Origin: the human T2T-CHM13v2.0 reference genome, Homo sapiens
Direction: 5' to 3' (one strand)
DNA length: 64,000 nucleotides
Assembly (NCBI RefSeq): GCF_009914755.1
Contig: NC_060928.1
Part shown: piece after piece, positions 1 through 17,659 of the stretch
How the letters are laid out: each line of letters starts with the position of its first letter
Numbering within the stretch: position 1 is the stretch's first letter
Translations under genes and position numbers: made by a program
Notes under the pieces: model-generated
Told to the model about the DNA's origin: nothing
What the model saw: only the letters and a program-made list of their open reading frames with translations
The model's database searches: none

Positions 1-432
1 AATTAATGTAGAAACTTGAAAACAATATATTTTTTTCATTTGCATTAAGTGTGCTATAATAATGAGAGGCTGTGCTAGCTCATATGGTGTAATCAATCAT
101 ATGTTAGTACTTGGTAATAGTATTTATCTTCTCCCCGCAATCAGTGGATCCAGCTCAGAGCAGCCTTTCCGTGCAAGTATTGTCATCCCTTCAGGGCCCT
201 GAAGCAGATGGCTTAACACTTTATTTAAGTTTTACAAAAGTTAGAAATTCAGATAGGAAGACGTGCACTGTTCAGAGCTGCAAGAAGCACAATGCTTCAT
301 ATACCCTTCTATTGCCTGATAATATCAAATATGACCTTTGTTGTCTTGATTGACTTTACTGGCTTTTTACTTAATTTGAATAGTGTAAGACATTATTCTC
401 TGTTAATCACTGCTGAGTATTACATTTAATGA

Positions 433-783
<351 letters not shown>

Positions 784-1171
784 TGAGATTTAAAAAGCCT
801 ATATGTGTAATGGATGTTTTTAATTTTTTCTAGTTTAATGATGAATTGAACTGCTCACTTCTAAGCTTTCAAGTAGAAAGTTGCCATCCTGCTTCTCTTC
901 CTGTTGGTACATAGCCTACAGTTGGATTTGTTCCATTTTTTAACATTTGCCTAATTGATTCATATTAATGTTAAATTTTATGGAAGCATCAAAGGGTCAT
1001 CTTTGCTAAAATATGAAAAATACAAACAAATAAGAAACAAACACCACATAGTAGAGGGCTTAATCTTAATACTAAAATCTTCTTTATTTAGAATTGTTTA
1101 ACATTTTAAAGTATTCTGGTGTCTAGAATTAAAATTTCAGGTATAAGTCTTTAGAAGATGATAAAATCTTA

Positions 1172-1300
1172 CCATTCATTCATTAAATAAATTTTGTATT
1201 TATCAACATTTATTGAATACCTACTATAAGCCAAAATATTTGTTAGATGCTAAGAGGTATAAGAATGGGAAAAAGGAAACTATTCCTCTGAAATTGTTAT
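1172..1300 (-). mobile_element. L2 3' end fragment
   Basis: cattcattcatt ... caacatttattgaatacctactat motif typical of an antisense L2 tail. Confidence 0.55.
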
Positions 1301-3946
1301 TTTTAGTCTAAATTGGCATCTGATCCAATGGATTTTGAGAGTCTTTTCTTCCCACAATCTTATTCATTTCAACCTAAAGCTGATATACTACAAGGATTCA
1401 GAAATGATTCAATTCTCCTAAGAGATTTCTTCTGGGAAATGGCTGTTTCTAGATGGAGTTGTATCCCCAGAAGATATTTTAGCATTCCTTTTTCTTCCTC
1501 GGGGCTTTCACAGTTCAGGATTCAACCGACATTAAATTATTAAAGCAAAGTGAATAAGAATATTTTGTCGGACATATTGACTTTGATTCTTAGTAGTTTT
1601 CAAGTATCTAGGTAAATTATTTTTGGGAAAAAAGGCTTCCTTAGCCTAAATAAGTAAAATAGAAAAGTTAAGTCGCTAAAAAATACTTAATCATTTGTTA
1701 TTGCAATGTTAATTCTACTTTTATGAATATACTCAATAAAATAAAGAATATAAGAAGGAAAATAATTTTATAATTTGGGTTCTTTAAATTACTTAGAGCT
1801 CAGGAATACTCTATATCTTTTAAAAGATTAAGATATTTAATGGTGCTGGGGGCTTGGGAGAGTGAGTGCTTTATTGGTAAACTAGTTCTTCACATGATTA
1901 TTTTAAAAAATCTGACAGTTTAAACATTTTTTAAAAAATTCAGAGCATTAGGATAATATAGATCCTAGTACATTGTATAACATTTTAATACACAAGTTTA
2001 TTTCTGGACTTTTTTCCATTTAAATGGATCTCTTTATAGATTAAATGATCACTTGTCTTTCAGTGTTTATATAACTTTGCATCTGCCACTCTCGAAATGC
2101 CCCTTTTGAAATGCGCAAGTAAAGTTCCGTAAATATAAAATAGCTGCCTAATCAAGTTTTCATATCACTGTTAAACTGTTTTTGAGATCACATGTCAAGA
2201 CTAAAATTGCAAGTGAATTTTTTGAGACAGATTGTCTGTTAGTTTCTTTCAGAATGACAGATTCTTTCTTCCCAGAAAATTACTTTCTCTTCCCTTCCCC
2301 AAATAATAATAGGCAAAATACACTCAATTCAAACTGACATTTCTTCAGATATATTTTAGTTGTTTAGGTGCCTGAGAACTTCATCTTTGGAAACCTATAA
2401 AAGGTAACCACCCCTTTTCCCTTTTTGTGGGTTTGAAAAATGTCCTCTTAAAGGATTTGGCTCATGATAGATGACTACATCATTCCTTCCAGAATCATCA
2501 GGAAATTAAATGCTGAAATAATGTATCTTTACAGTTTTAATTTCTACCATTCATAAATATTAATCTAAATAATTCCTGTAAGGAAATATGGGCATGTATA
2601 ACTTCTTCAGAGACTGTTTCTTTTGATGACATTTATAAATTCATCCTATGAGTAGAGTATTATGAATGAAGAGCTTCAAGTCTTCCTGAATCTTTGTTTA
2701 TAAACTGAGAATAAATAGCATCTGATTCAGAGTATCATCTGTTAGCAGAAAATGAGATAATAAAGTAATTAGTATTTTGCTTAACATATAGTAGATACTT
2801 ATTAAATGTGAATTTTTATCCAATATGCTGATTTGTAGTTCATTATGAGTGGTGTAGATAGAGATGCTGCTGTTTGATAAAATGTTGATAAATCTTAGTA
2901 TTGCTAAAGCAAAAAAAAATACCATATACATAAAACAACTTAGTTAATGTTATGAGAAAAGTCATACAATTTTCCACTGCCTTCAAATGAAAGTTCCTGT
3001 CTGTATCATTTGGAATTTAAAAAATTGGAAGACATTGAATAGCAATATTAATATTAATTAACTTTAAAAGATGTCTGGTTAAAATCAGGACTTCAAATGG
3101 AGTTGACAGGATACCGTTTAATCCTACTTTGTGAGTAGATTACATAGAATTTAAAAGTGACCTGCTCTTTGACAGACAAAGTTTTTGGTGGCCAGTGAAA
3201 TGACACAGACTAAAGGAAAAAGACGGCATTTTAAACTGAGAAAAACCATTTTTATGGAACATTAAGGATTGATTAAATGCCCAGAAATCCAGGCTATTAC
3301 ACTAGAGCTAGCTGATGGGAGGCATCATTTTATTTTCAGAAAAATCTACACTTCATAAAGATCATATATAAAGGACGATTTTTGAATCTAACATATGCTA
3401 CAAGAATAATATGTAATTAATCTGGTAAGAAAAAAAGAACATTTACACCTATGAATTATCTGTTTTCTTTCATTTTTTTTGTAATAATTTCTTAGATCAA
3501 ACCTCAGAAATGCTCACTGCAACCCAAAACTTATTTTGTTTCCCATCTTTTATTTCTGTTGCCGTAAAAATTGATTGAAACCAATAGTATGTTAATTACA
3601 AAGACTTCATTCGTTGTAAAGGTTCCAAATGAACACTATTAAGCACCAACTTCTCTAGTAAAGACTACCTTAAAACTAAAATTTATTTTAATCACTTTTA
3701 TCCTAATTCCATTTAGAATAGATAAAATTTGTTTAGATAAAATTAATTTAGATAAAGAGCACTGGGTTTCTCTCTCATCTCATCCTGATTCAGATTGTAT
3801 TAAACAACAGAATTTTTCATCTATTCCTTACCAAGAGAAACATACGAGTTAACATCAACAATTCTAATAAATTATTAGAAAAACTTCTTATATATCCTCT
3901 TGCTCTACTTGCCTCAGTTAAAAGCCAAATTTTTCATTGCTAATTA

Positions 3947-4010
3947 TGTGTGTGTGTGCATGTGTGTGTGTGTATGTGTGCGTATGTATGCATGCGTATG
4001 TGCGTGTGTA
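3947..4010. repeat. Imperfect (TG)n/(TATG)n microsatellite
   Basis: Seen directly. Confidence 0.9.
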
Positions 4011-4425
4011 TAACTCTTACATGGCAATTACCTTCCTAGATACTCAAAGTAATAGTATTAATTAATAATAAACTATAATAGCAACTTACTTTGTGACCTT
4101 TTTAAATGTTTTGACCACACCTATGTTTCTACAATGTTCAACATTATAAATTATAAACTTATTGTTAATAACCATATGTAAGACAATTGCTCCATTTAGC
4201 ATTGTTTAGGCACTAATGTATATAATTTAAAGCATAGAAAGCAACTACAAATGAGTTGATAATTTTAACAAAAATATGTTGCTTTCATTTAGATATGCAC
4301 TAAGCATTAAAACCAATATATTACAGTAACAGAATCCCTAACATTTACAGATAACAACTCATAATAGGTTTGTGTTTTGTGACTGTATTAAAGTATCTCT
4401 AATTCTTCCACCTCTTATCTTATAG

Positions 4426-4611
<186 letters not shown>

Positions 4612-5907
4612 TGACAGGATATTTCTTCCAGGGTGCTTTGTTGGGCAATTGCAAGGAGAGCTTTATGAGTTGCATTGGATTCAGAATTATACGTGTTATT
4701 TCTGAACAATTCTCCTCCAGCAATTTCATAAGTCTAATGGGGAGAAAGTGCTAAGAATTTGCGTCTTTGTTCTTTTTGATCTCATTATAGAAAAATTTCT
4801 ACTTGCTTAATAAAAAAATATAATAAGTAAAGGTTATTTTCTTCTAAACAAGTAGGTCCATAACATTTCCCACAGGAGAATTTGTAATTGGTACTCCTTT
4901 TTCCAAACTCTAAATTATTAAACTAATAAATGTGCTTGACTTTTCTGGCCTAAGAAGGACATAGATATTTATTCTTTTTAAAAAGATTGGTCTCCAGTTT
5001 GAATAACTCCAACAAAAAAAATTAGATATGAAAAAAGTGCTGTAGAATTGTATGGTCATATCCAACTCCGAGAGGATATAGCTGAAACCTTCAGCATCCA
5101 GAATACAACAAAGAATTTGAAAGATATAAATAAAACCTCTGAACAGCGAAACAGAGAACACCAAGTCCCTGTAGCTTACTCATAAGAATGCCCTTTAAAT
5201 ACTTACTTGAAGCCTATTTCTTTTTCTTAAGAAAAAGCCTCTGTGGTTTTTTTTTCACTTTGCTCTGGAGATCTCAATATGTCAATCTGAAGGGGGTGTT
5301 ACACAAAGCAGGCACACAGGACAACAGCAGGGAGCCTTAAGGAGCCCTCTTAAGCAAGAGACGGGAAAAAAATCAATCAGATAAACTAACTCATATAACC
5401 TGTCAGTATAGGACTCTTCCTGCAAAAACAAATCTGTGCCATAAAACAACTCCTAAAGGTATCACTGCAGTATAATGCTAGCATATAAGTTAATATTTAA
5501 ACAATAACCCTGAGATATTAGCAAATATTAAAGTCATGGCCAATCTTAGAAGTAAGCAAAACCTAATATATTTTAGAAACTTGTTCTTTAAAATATTTAC
5601 CATAGGAAACATTTTAGTACTTAGAGATTTTCAGTTTTAACAGTTTGGAAATATAACCCTAGGAAAACTAGTTCCTCTCTAATAATACTAGATAAATAAG
5701 GTGCTTTTGCAAAACTAATCTGAAAAATAACCCCACAACCTCCCTATCCTTAGTCACCTTTGAATTTTTAAAAAAGGATTTGCCATTTATCCAACCATTT
5801 CTTCTAATTACTATCACTGTAGTACGTGGACTGGCTCCAGGATCATTACCCTGTAACTTTCTGTTGCCTACTAGATTTTAAGCTCCTTTAGAATAGGTCC
5901 TTTCCAT

Positions 5908-6207
5908 GGCCAGGTGCAGTGGCTACACCTACAATCCCAGCAATCTGGGAGGTCAAGGGGGAGAATCACTTGAACCCAGAAGTTTGAGACCAGCCTGGGC
6001 AGCATGGCAAAACCCCATCTCTGAAAAAAATAATAATAATAATTAGCCAGGTGTGGTGGTATCCTCCTGTAGTCCCAGCTACTCAGGAGGCTGAGGTGGG
6101 AGAATCACCTGAGCCCTAGAGGTCGAGGCTGCAGTGAGCCAAGATTGTGCTACTGCACTCCAGCCTCCAGCCTGGGTTTCAAAGTGAGTCCCTATTTCAA
6201 AATAAAT
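5908..6207 (+). mobile_element. Alu (AluJ-like)
   Basis: ggccaggtgcagtggct ... gagaccagcctgggcagcatggcaaaacccc; diverged dimer with a short A tail. Confidence 0.9.
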
Positions 6208-6410
6208 AGATATGTCCCTTCAAGAACCCAGCATCATAAGTACTCATAACGTGCTTCTCTACCATTTCCTCCATCATAATTACCACAGTGCTTTGGATCT
6301 GTGTGAATATATATGTTTGAATGTAATTAAGGAGAAGGCAATAGTCAAAGTAAATCTTCTGAAGCCTTAACAACATCTCTTTAAATTTCAGTTCCACCCT
6401 TATCTATATG

Positions 6411-6759
6411 TGTATTAGTTCATTCTCACACTGCCATAAAGTACAGGGAAGAGGTTTAATTTACTCACAGTTCCTCAGGGCAGGGAAGCCTCAGGAAACT
6501 TACATTCATGGTGAAAGGGGAAGCAAACATGTCCTTCCTCACATCGCAGCAGGTAAGACAAGTGCTGAGCAAAAGGTGGAAAAGCCGCTTATAAAACCAT
6601 CAGATCTTGTGAAAACTCACTACTATCATGAGAATAGCAAACGGATAATCATCCCCATCATTTGATGACCTCCCACCAGGTCCCTCTTATGATACATGGG
6701 AATTATGGGAACTACAATTCAAGATGAGATTTGGATTGGGACACAGCCAAACCATATCA
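6411..6759 (-). mobile_element. THE1-type MaLR solo LTR
   Basis: Reverse complement starts tgatatggtttggctgtgtcc. TG...CA termini. Perfect 5-bp TSD ATATG at 6406-6410 and 6760-6764. Confidence 0.9.
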
Positions 6760-8479
6760 ATATGCTTATAATGTCCCATGTTTGCATTTTAACTGGTCAT
6801 GGATATAATTGATGTGAAAATGATAGAATTCTAAATAGAAAAAAAGGAAAGAATTTTGATTTAGAAAATTATAAAATATTAAAAGTTGTGTTTGTTAAAA
6901 GAAGTATCAGGAAATGAAATACAAACTTAAGAAAAATTATTGACTGTGTCATTTAGGGACAGCAGAAATTATTTTACAGCATATTTGCCTAACAACATAA
7001 TCTTTCCATTTCAGTTGATGAGGACTTCAATATCTGTGAACAAATATTTTATTTATGTCTATATTCCTAATCTTACCTGAAACAATAAAGTATGGGGAAG
7101 CACCAACTTCCTCCTGACTCATACCTTCATCTTGGTCCTGTCAAACCCACAGATGGAAGAAAACAAGAAAACTACTTTTGCGTTGAGGATTTGTTACATG
7201 TGAACATCCCTCTTATGTATGATAGAATTTGATCTCTAGACTGTTACCTATTTTAATATACATAGACAGAGAAGTAAAATTTAGAAAAAACAGAAAATGC
7301 ATTTCACAAATTTTTTAATTAGTGTCCAAAGACTGAAACCCAGGATTAGCTTAAGTTGCAAAATAAATATTAAAGAACACCTTTTAGCTAGAAAATGGTG
7401 TTTTTGCAACATATGTAACAAGCAGGAAGTGATCCATTTACTGCTTAGTGGAACTAATGTTAGTTTGGCTGCTAATGGAGAGAAAACAGAAACATTCTAA
7501 TACTTTTGCTCCTTTCTCCATCTAAGAAAAATTGTCTTCAAATTGGGAAGGTTAGAGTAAAATTCATTAAAAGAAAATATTCCACTGGTTCAGAAGGAGC
7601 AGGGAGATAGCAAGAGTAGGGGCACTGCTTTGAATTAGGCTTGCCAAATAATTGCTCAGAGTAGCCAATCAGCCAGCAGGAACGATCAAAATATGATAGC
7701 TCAGAAATACTGGAGAAACACTTAGGAAGAGGACCAAGGTACAAGAGATTGGTGTATTGTCCCAATTACTGAAAGGAAGGAAAAAAGATTCTCATGGAGT
7801 TTAGCATATTAAATGTTACTATGTAGATAAACTGTAGAATATATTATTAAATCAATGGTTTGGAGTACCTCAGATAAGACAACAGGGCTTCCTTAAAAAC
7901 AAACACTGCCAAACTAAGCCTTTATTTATATATATATATATTTTTTTAGATTGGGAGAATGTCATAAATCTATGTGTTACATGTTGATTTTTATGTGGTG
8001 TTTGACAAATTTTTACCTGAAATCCTTAGGAAAGATATTGAAAAGTCTTGACAGAGTGATGACACTGAAACATTTTCACCAAAGGGTTCCTAAAGGCAGA
8101 AGATAGTGAACACTCTGGCCTCAGACAGAAAGCAAAATAAAGCTCAAAAATATTTAAGTCTCATTATTACCTTTAAAAGTTATAACATTTGTGTATATAC
8201 AATTAAAAGTAATACTTCAAATTATTTGCCAATTAAACTAGTTGTTTTTCTCCAAATATTCAAACAAAATTGATATCTAAATAAATCAATCAAATCTTCA
8301 AGCAATATTGATATGACTAGAATATGCCTTAGATGTATTCGGTGGCTTTGAGTACTTCCTGATATCCACAACCTACCACCAGGGTTTCTTTTGTCCAGAG
8401 TTTGAGGATTGTAGAACCAGATGAATATTCAAACTGCAGTGATAAACATTCTATTCCTGAAATGCAAGGAACTGTCTAT

Positions 8480-9070
8480 GGTCATTCACAAGATTCTATT
8501 CTTGGACCTAATATTTTTAAAACGTCTATCACTACGTGAATGAAGATGAATAAAACATGCCTATCAAATTTGTAAATGGCATAAAGCTAGAAGAGAAAGC
8601 TTATGTTGTATTAGATAATCAAGTTCCAAATTGTTAGTGTTGACTGAATAATAAGCCTAAATTTGAAAAAGCACAGATAAAGTATAGGTTCAAAATCAAT
8701 TACATGAAGAATCCTGGTTTGACAGCTGTTCAGATCCCTTAAGTTGAAGGTAAATTCAGTGTGTGTATCACACAAATCATATTTGCTGTAACTATTTTAA
8801 TATAATCGTGGTCTCTATGTCAGAAGAATTTTGCTAAGATAAAGAGATCTAATGTCTTACACTATTCTCTCCTAGTCAGATCACATCTGTAATAATGTGT
8901 CAATTCTGGATACTAAATTTTTAACAGAAACATTGAAACACAAGAGAAAGACAGAGAAAGAGAACTAAGATGATCAGCCTAGAAACGATACCAGGTGATG
9001 AAAACTAAAAGAAAGATATCTCAAAGCAAGCCACAAATGGTGTCAAATATTGAAAGCTTGTCATGTAGAG
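8480..9070 (+). mobile_element. Ancient CR1/L3 LINE fragment
   Basis: atcaaatttgtaaatggcataaagct resembles the CR1 RT 'KFADDTKL' region; tagtcagatcacatctgtaataatgtgtcaattctgg resembles 'LVRPHLEYCVQFW'. Confidence 0.55.
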
Positions 9071-10136
9071 GAGGTGAGTGTGGAGATTTGGTGATGTCAA
9101 AGAATAAGTGTAGTGCCAGTAAGGTAGGGAGAAATGATTGGTCATATGTGACATACTGGAGTCTATGATTTTAGAGGTGATGTATGTTTCTGTCCAGTAA
9201 ATGGTCATTTGTGTTGGTTGAGGCCTAAGTAGAAGTGAAGATCATCTGTACAGAAATTGAAGTGACCTTTTAAAATGATGAGAGATAGTTTGGTATTATT
9301 GTGAAGGAGGAGTCAAAGGCCTTACAAATAAAATAAAATTACCAAAAGATCAGTTAATGATGACAGAAAAAAGCAATAAAGTGTAGCATAGGAAAGAGTG
9401 TGAAGCTCAAAGAATGGGCACTTGCCTGCAAAAGAAAAAGTGTCAGATTAGGAGGGGTAATGAAAAGCTCAGGGAATATTACCACCACTTCTTGATCCTG
9501 CAGTTTGGAATGTGGACAAATGAGGAGACGTAGTCATTTATTGAAAATGCCTGTCATGTAACAGGTACGAAGCACTCACCTTTAAGACTAGCATAGATGC
9601 TCAAAATACATGCCTCACGGTCTGCAAAAGAGAATGTGCCCCAGCAGTGTCAGGTTTGGATAGAACCCAGGTTACCAGATTTTTCGTGTCTCAACGTCTG
9701 CCAAACACACCTAGCTTTAAAATTGACTTTCTTTTTTTCTCCTCTCTCCATCCTTCGTCTTCTTTTACTTCACAACTGTTTATCAAAACCCAAATATGTG
9801 CGAGGCTCTAGGCTAAGTCTTAGAGAAATAAATTACGGGGAAAAATGGAAGAGAAAAGATGTACAGTATGAGTCCCCATCCAGGAGGAATTTATTTTTTT
9901 GTGGAAAAGGTAGATTTAAAAAAGAATTTAGTATTCTGATATGTTTCAAAGACGTATGCACTGTGTGTTCCGGTAGATGAAAAGAGGTGCTCAACCTTGT
10001 GTAGGATAAGGAAAGAAAATCAGAAGTTGGCAGGGTAGGATTCTCCTAGCATGTAAGCTTTGAACCAAATATTGAGAAATGTTAACTAGTTGGAGAAAGG
10101 TAAGGAGATAGCGAGGGATGCTACCCCAACAATCTT

Positions 10137-10619
10137 TTTTTTAAATATATATATATATATATTTTTATTATACTTTCAGTTCTAGGGTACATGTGCACAA
10201 TGTGCAGGTTTGTTACATACGTAAACATGTGCCATGTTGGTGTGCTGCACCCATTAACTTGTCATTTACATTAGGTATATCTTCTAATGCTATCCCTCAC
10301 CCCTCCCCCAACCCCACAACAGGCCCCGGTGTGTGATGTTCCCCATCCTGTGTCCAGGTGTTCTCATTGTTCAATTCCCACCTATGAGTGAGAACATGCG
10401 GTGTTTGGTTTTTTGTCCTTGTGATAGTTTGCTGAGAATGATGGTTTCCAGCTTCATCCATGTCCCTAAAAAGGACATGAACTCATCATTTTTTATGGCT
10501 ACATAATATTCCATGGTGTATATGTGCCACATTTTCTAAAGACACATGCACACGTATGTTTATTGCGGCACTACTCACAATAGCAAAGACTTGGAACCAA
10601 CCCAAATGTCCATCAATGA
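10137..10619 (-). mobile_element. L1PA (about PA3-5) 3' end with a 5' inversion
   Basis: Antisense L1 3'UTR 10137-10537, then a sense segment 10537-10619. 15-bp TSD TACCCCAACAATCTT at 10122-10136 and 10620-10634. Confidence 0.93.
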
Positions 10620-12301
10620 TACCCCAACAATCTTAAATACACGTTCACCAAAGGGAAGAGTAAAATAAAGCTAGAAAAGTAAAAGGAAGCAAGTTTCAGG
10701 CAGTAGAACCAGGAGGGGTTAGGAAAGGCCAGAAGGTTGTGTATTATTTTGATTTCCCTGGACATGTATCCTTCATGTAACTTCTATATTTTCCTGTTGG
10801 GTCTTTACTGCCTAATTCCAACCTGAATGTTGATTCATGGACTAGTTTTAGCTGTATAGCAGACTTCAGCCATTCTTTTGTAGTCTATCTAGTAATTATC
10901 AGGCAAAATGGGGAGTGGCTGGGATAGGGAGTGAAAATAGCCAGTCCTAATACTTCCTTATGAAGGACAAACTTGTATTGCACGTAATGCATTGAGTGTT
11001 CAATGTCTCTTCAAAAAAGGCCTACAAGTATTATACATATAAAATGATATTTAACAAACACAAAGGATTGAAGATTTACATGGTATGTAAAAGAAAACTC
11101 ACAAGGCACTGTTAGGAAGTTCTTATTAAAAGCTGTGCATTGCATCAGACTCTAATTATCTCAATAGCCAAAGCTTATTACCATCCTGTGATGTGGGTAG
11201 ACTATTTTAAAAATTTCCTCCATGATTAATTATAACCCGAGGACAATCCATATAGTCTCCTGTATGTTTTTAGGAAAAACCGTGATAACAATATACTTTC
11301 AAAAATCTGAAAAACACAAATGCTTTAAGATGGAATTAATTTTCATCACTACATTGATTCCTCATTTTTTTTATTTTATATAGAGTTTTTCCTTCAGAGG
11401 AAATATAACATGAAGCAGCTTTTATTGACCTAGGATTCCTTTTGGTATTATGTTTTCCAAAAAATTTTTAACTTCTTTGAAAAATAAGCACCTTTGGTGA
11501 TTAATTGACAGTATAAATAGTAGTTCTGGTGAAACTTAATTGTAAGAATACAGTAAAACCTTAGCAAAAAATTGGCTATAATTTATTTTTCAATCTATGT
11601 AGAAAGAAGTTAATAACATGGTTGTTTCAGAAGAAGAAAGTATTAATGTAAACACACATTCACAAACAGTTAATAGTTTATGGTATTTGTGAAATCAATG
11701 AATTGTAATGCATGTGTATACCTGTATAATTTTGTATAGATCCTTGATCACTATAATACATATAAAAGATTGTGTTCTTTCATTATTTCATTTAAGAATC
11801 TCCATATACACAAAAATACACACAGTAGACTACTTCTTTTTTAGGTACCTATGACATTCATATATGAAATCAAGTTGATATTTTTCCATCTGAATAACTA
11901 GAATGCAAAAACTTAACATATTCAGAAAATGTATTATTCAGTTTGCCCTTCCAATCTTAAACCCTTAGATTCTTACCTCCTCAGAGAGAAATAAGGGCCA
12001 ATGATTTTCTAAGGTCTAACACTAACAGCCTTATCTCTGTCGAAATTTCTTTCTTTCCTTTTTTAATCTTCTCTTTCACACCTAAATAAGCTGAAAAAGC
12101 AATTGAGGCATACAATCAGACAAGACTTCATTCTCAATGACAAAATTGCCCAGGAAATGACAAAAGAAACCTTCTGCTTAATAACCCAGTAAACCAGCCA
12201 TGTATGACATGAACAGAAGCAGTTGAGACAATTATTTTTTTTCCTTATTCCTGATGACTGGTGTCAATGATTCTAATGATCACTTTCTAATGTCTTTTCA
12301 G

Positions 12302-12463
12302 ATTTCCAACCTTTACATATATGACACGGTGCTTCTGCTTGCTAATGCTTTTCATAAGAAGCTGGAGGACCGAAAGTGGCACAGCATGGCAAGTCTGTCA
12401 TGTATCAGAAAGAACTCAAAGCCCTGGCAGGGTGGGCGCTCCATGTTGGAGACCATCAAGAAG
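12302..12463 (+). CDS. GRID2: GRID2 coding exon (probably exon 7), 162 nt, phase 0/0
   Basis: Acceptor ttctaatgtcttttcag|ATT and donor AAG|gtaact. Translates [54 protein letters not shown] (core of ORF 12254..12475). Confidence 0.96.
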
Positions 12464-13450
12464 GTAACTTCTTAATTTTCATGTAAAAAGGATATGGTAA
12501 ATAATTATTTGACATATTTTAGAAAAAGGGTTTCCTCTTTAATATTTCTACAAATTCTAAGCACAAAACAGTGTAATGGGGAAATTAAATATTGAAAAAG
12601 AAAAAAGGTGAGAGAGTCATCAACATATAAAAAGGGGAGGCTTCCTTATTTATTTATAAGGGAGTTTTAAGCAAGTAAAAAAAATTGTGGTTGAGATATA
12701 CCCACTTGACTATGTCATTAGCATTAGAGATACTGAAATTGTTTTGGTGCCTGTCGCAAAATACAAAAAGCTTTTAAAAAAACACACGCCATCCACTAAA
12801 AAAATTAACAGTAGACTTAATTAGCACTTTTTCAGTTAGATAATATACATGGTAAGACACTGGATGTGATGGCCTTTAATTTATCTCATGATAAGGATAG
12901 GATTCATAAGTAGATAATATGTTGCAGCATTTGTGAACTATTTGGGGTAACTGATTGCATTATTCCTCTTCACTGTCCATGTGTTGCTTATTCCAGCTGT
13001 GAATCTGTTTGGCTTAGCTACCTGTTCCATTCCCAGAAGGCAGTTTATGTTGTTTAGCTCCTCTCAGTGGTATAAGCATTCTGCAGTTTATTAGACTCTT
13101 TGTCATGTCATCCTTCTTGACATTTTCCATTTGTCTTGTACCGCCTCTTGGATTTAAAATGAAATGATTAATAAAACAAACAAATTCTCCTATACCCTTT
13201 ACACAAAGGAGACAGACATTTGGAAGTTTATATTCTGTATTTTACCCATCCTTTTTCTTTCTGCATGTATTTTCCTTTCTTTCCTGAAACCCAAAGAAAA
13301 ATAGCTAGTCAATTGAAATATAAATGCCCTTAAAAAGTCAGAGTAAAATATAAAAATTTAATATTAGAAGTGAACTAGGTGTACAAAAACTAGAAGTAGA
13401 GGAAATAAATATTTTAAATAGAGAATAGCCTGGATCTTTCTCTTGGTACT

Positions 13451-16186
<2,736 letters not shown>

Positions 16187-17659
16187 ATGCTGTGTCTTCT
16201 TTGCCAAGGATAATTTTAATGAGAATTTTGGCTGTTATCAACAAAAGTACTTGAGAATTAAATGTATTGAATATATTGGCAGAGAAAGACTTTTCAACTG
16301 AAAAATGAATAAGTCTAATCTAGCCTCAAGGTGTTGCCAAAATCTTCCAGCCTTATCTATGTAGAGAGCTGGCAGGTATAAATCCAAGGGAGGTTGTTGA
16401 ACATGATTCTAATCCTGCCAATTTATTAATTCATGGTTTGGCTAGGATGCAGGATCCTGAATATATTTCTTCTTCTGAAGCTTTCATACCAAGACAAAAT
16501 AATAGTTTAGGAGGTTGCTTAGAAAACACTTTAGTGAGAGGATCAGGAGGAAGGAAAGAGAGACACCATAATATGTCAGTATTTTTCATGTAGAAATTCA
16601 ATATGTAAGATATTGCTGTTAGAAAATTTATAACCGAAACAATTATTTAATACAATAATTATGAAATTTTATTTTGTGGGACTATGTGTACATTTGTCCC
16701 TGTCAGCTTCTGCCCCAGTGTCACATTTTAAAGAAATATATCCATTCTTTGTGTCAAGAAACTCAGTTTGAATAATGTACATGATTACAAATGTTCAATT
16801 TTATATTTTTGTCTCACATTTCAAACTGACTTTAAAAATGGATTTTTAAAAAAAAAAATTGGATTACTTTTTGCATCATATTAGTGTTTTTGGTCACCTA
16901 TTTAGATGTCAATGCTGGTGATACTCCACACATTAAGTGAGAAAGAAAGTTCATTACTCACATAGAGACTCCCAAGAAGAGCAGAATGGCCCCAGACAGA
17001 TTCAGGCTGGTTTGGACAAAACAGAGGGAGTGGCCTGGGCCTTTTTGTTGACTAGGGGTTAGGGCTGGCAAAAGGTTCCCACTCATGCGGGCTGGAGATT
17101 TGAGAAGCTCAAGTTTCCTACAGGTGTCAAATAAGTAGATGTAGGATGGCCTTTCTTAATCAGACTGTACAGATGTGGGGCCAAAGAAAGGGAGGGTAAG
17201 GCTTAAAAAGAAGTCAGCAGCCAGCAACACAAATGAGGTCAGGCTCTTTATTATGATGGGAATATTCTAGTGTTGAAATTTTTAATTACATTCAAATAAA
17301 TACAAAATGCCTATATTAAGGGCACGCTACATACACATTAAAAATCCGTGTGCTGCTGCACAAAGTACAAGCAAGAAGAGAACAAGTTTCTCTCCCTAAA
17401 TTAATTTCTATTCTTATTATGGGGAATGAAACAAAAGAATTAAAAATAATGTCATTGACATAGTAGTATAAATGTCTAGTAATGGGCAAGGTTTCTGTTT
17501 CTCAGGTACTCTTGTGTACCTGAGCTTTATAATATATGAATCGGTAGAATAAGTGCCTCCTCATTTTCATTCTTTTTTTAAAAATTAGCAGTTAATGCTT
17601 GCCTGTTTATTCCTGCCAAATATTATCAGCAGCCCTGTGCCATTGTTATTTACGTGGAT

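Noticed and set aside
189-211. 16-bp palindrome CTTCAGGGCCCTGAAG followed by a CAGATG E-box
   Set aside because: One 8-bp-arm palindrome is about what chance gives in 64 kb, and there is no other support.
3955-3996. Two TGCATG (RBFOX) motifs upstream of the first exon
   Set aside because: They arise inside a TG microsatellite about 440 nt from the exon and are probably incidental.
12254-12301. In-frame intronic ATG extension ([16 protein letters not shown]) before the second exon
   Set aside because: It is the branch-point/polypyrimidine region ending in a canonical CAG acceptor, with no promoter evidence.
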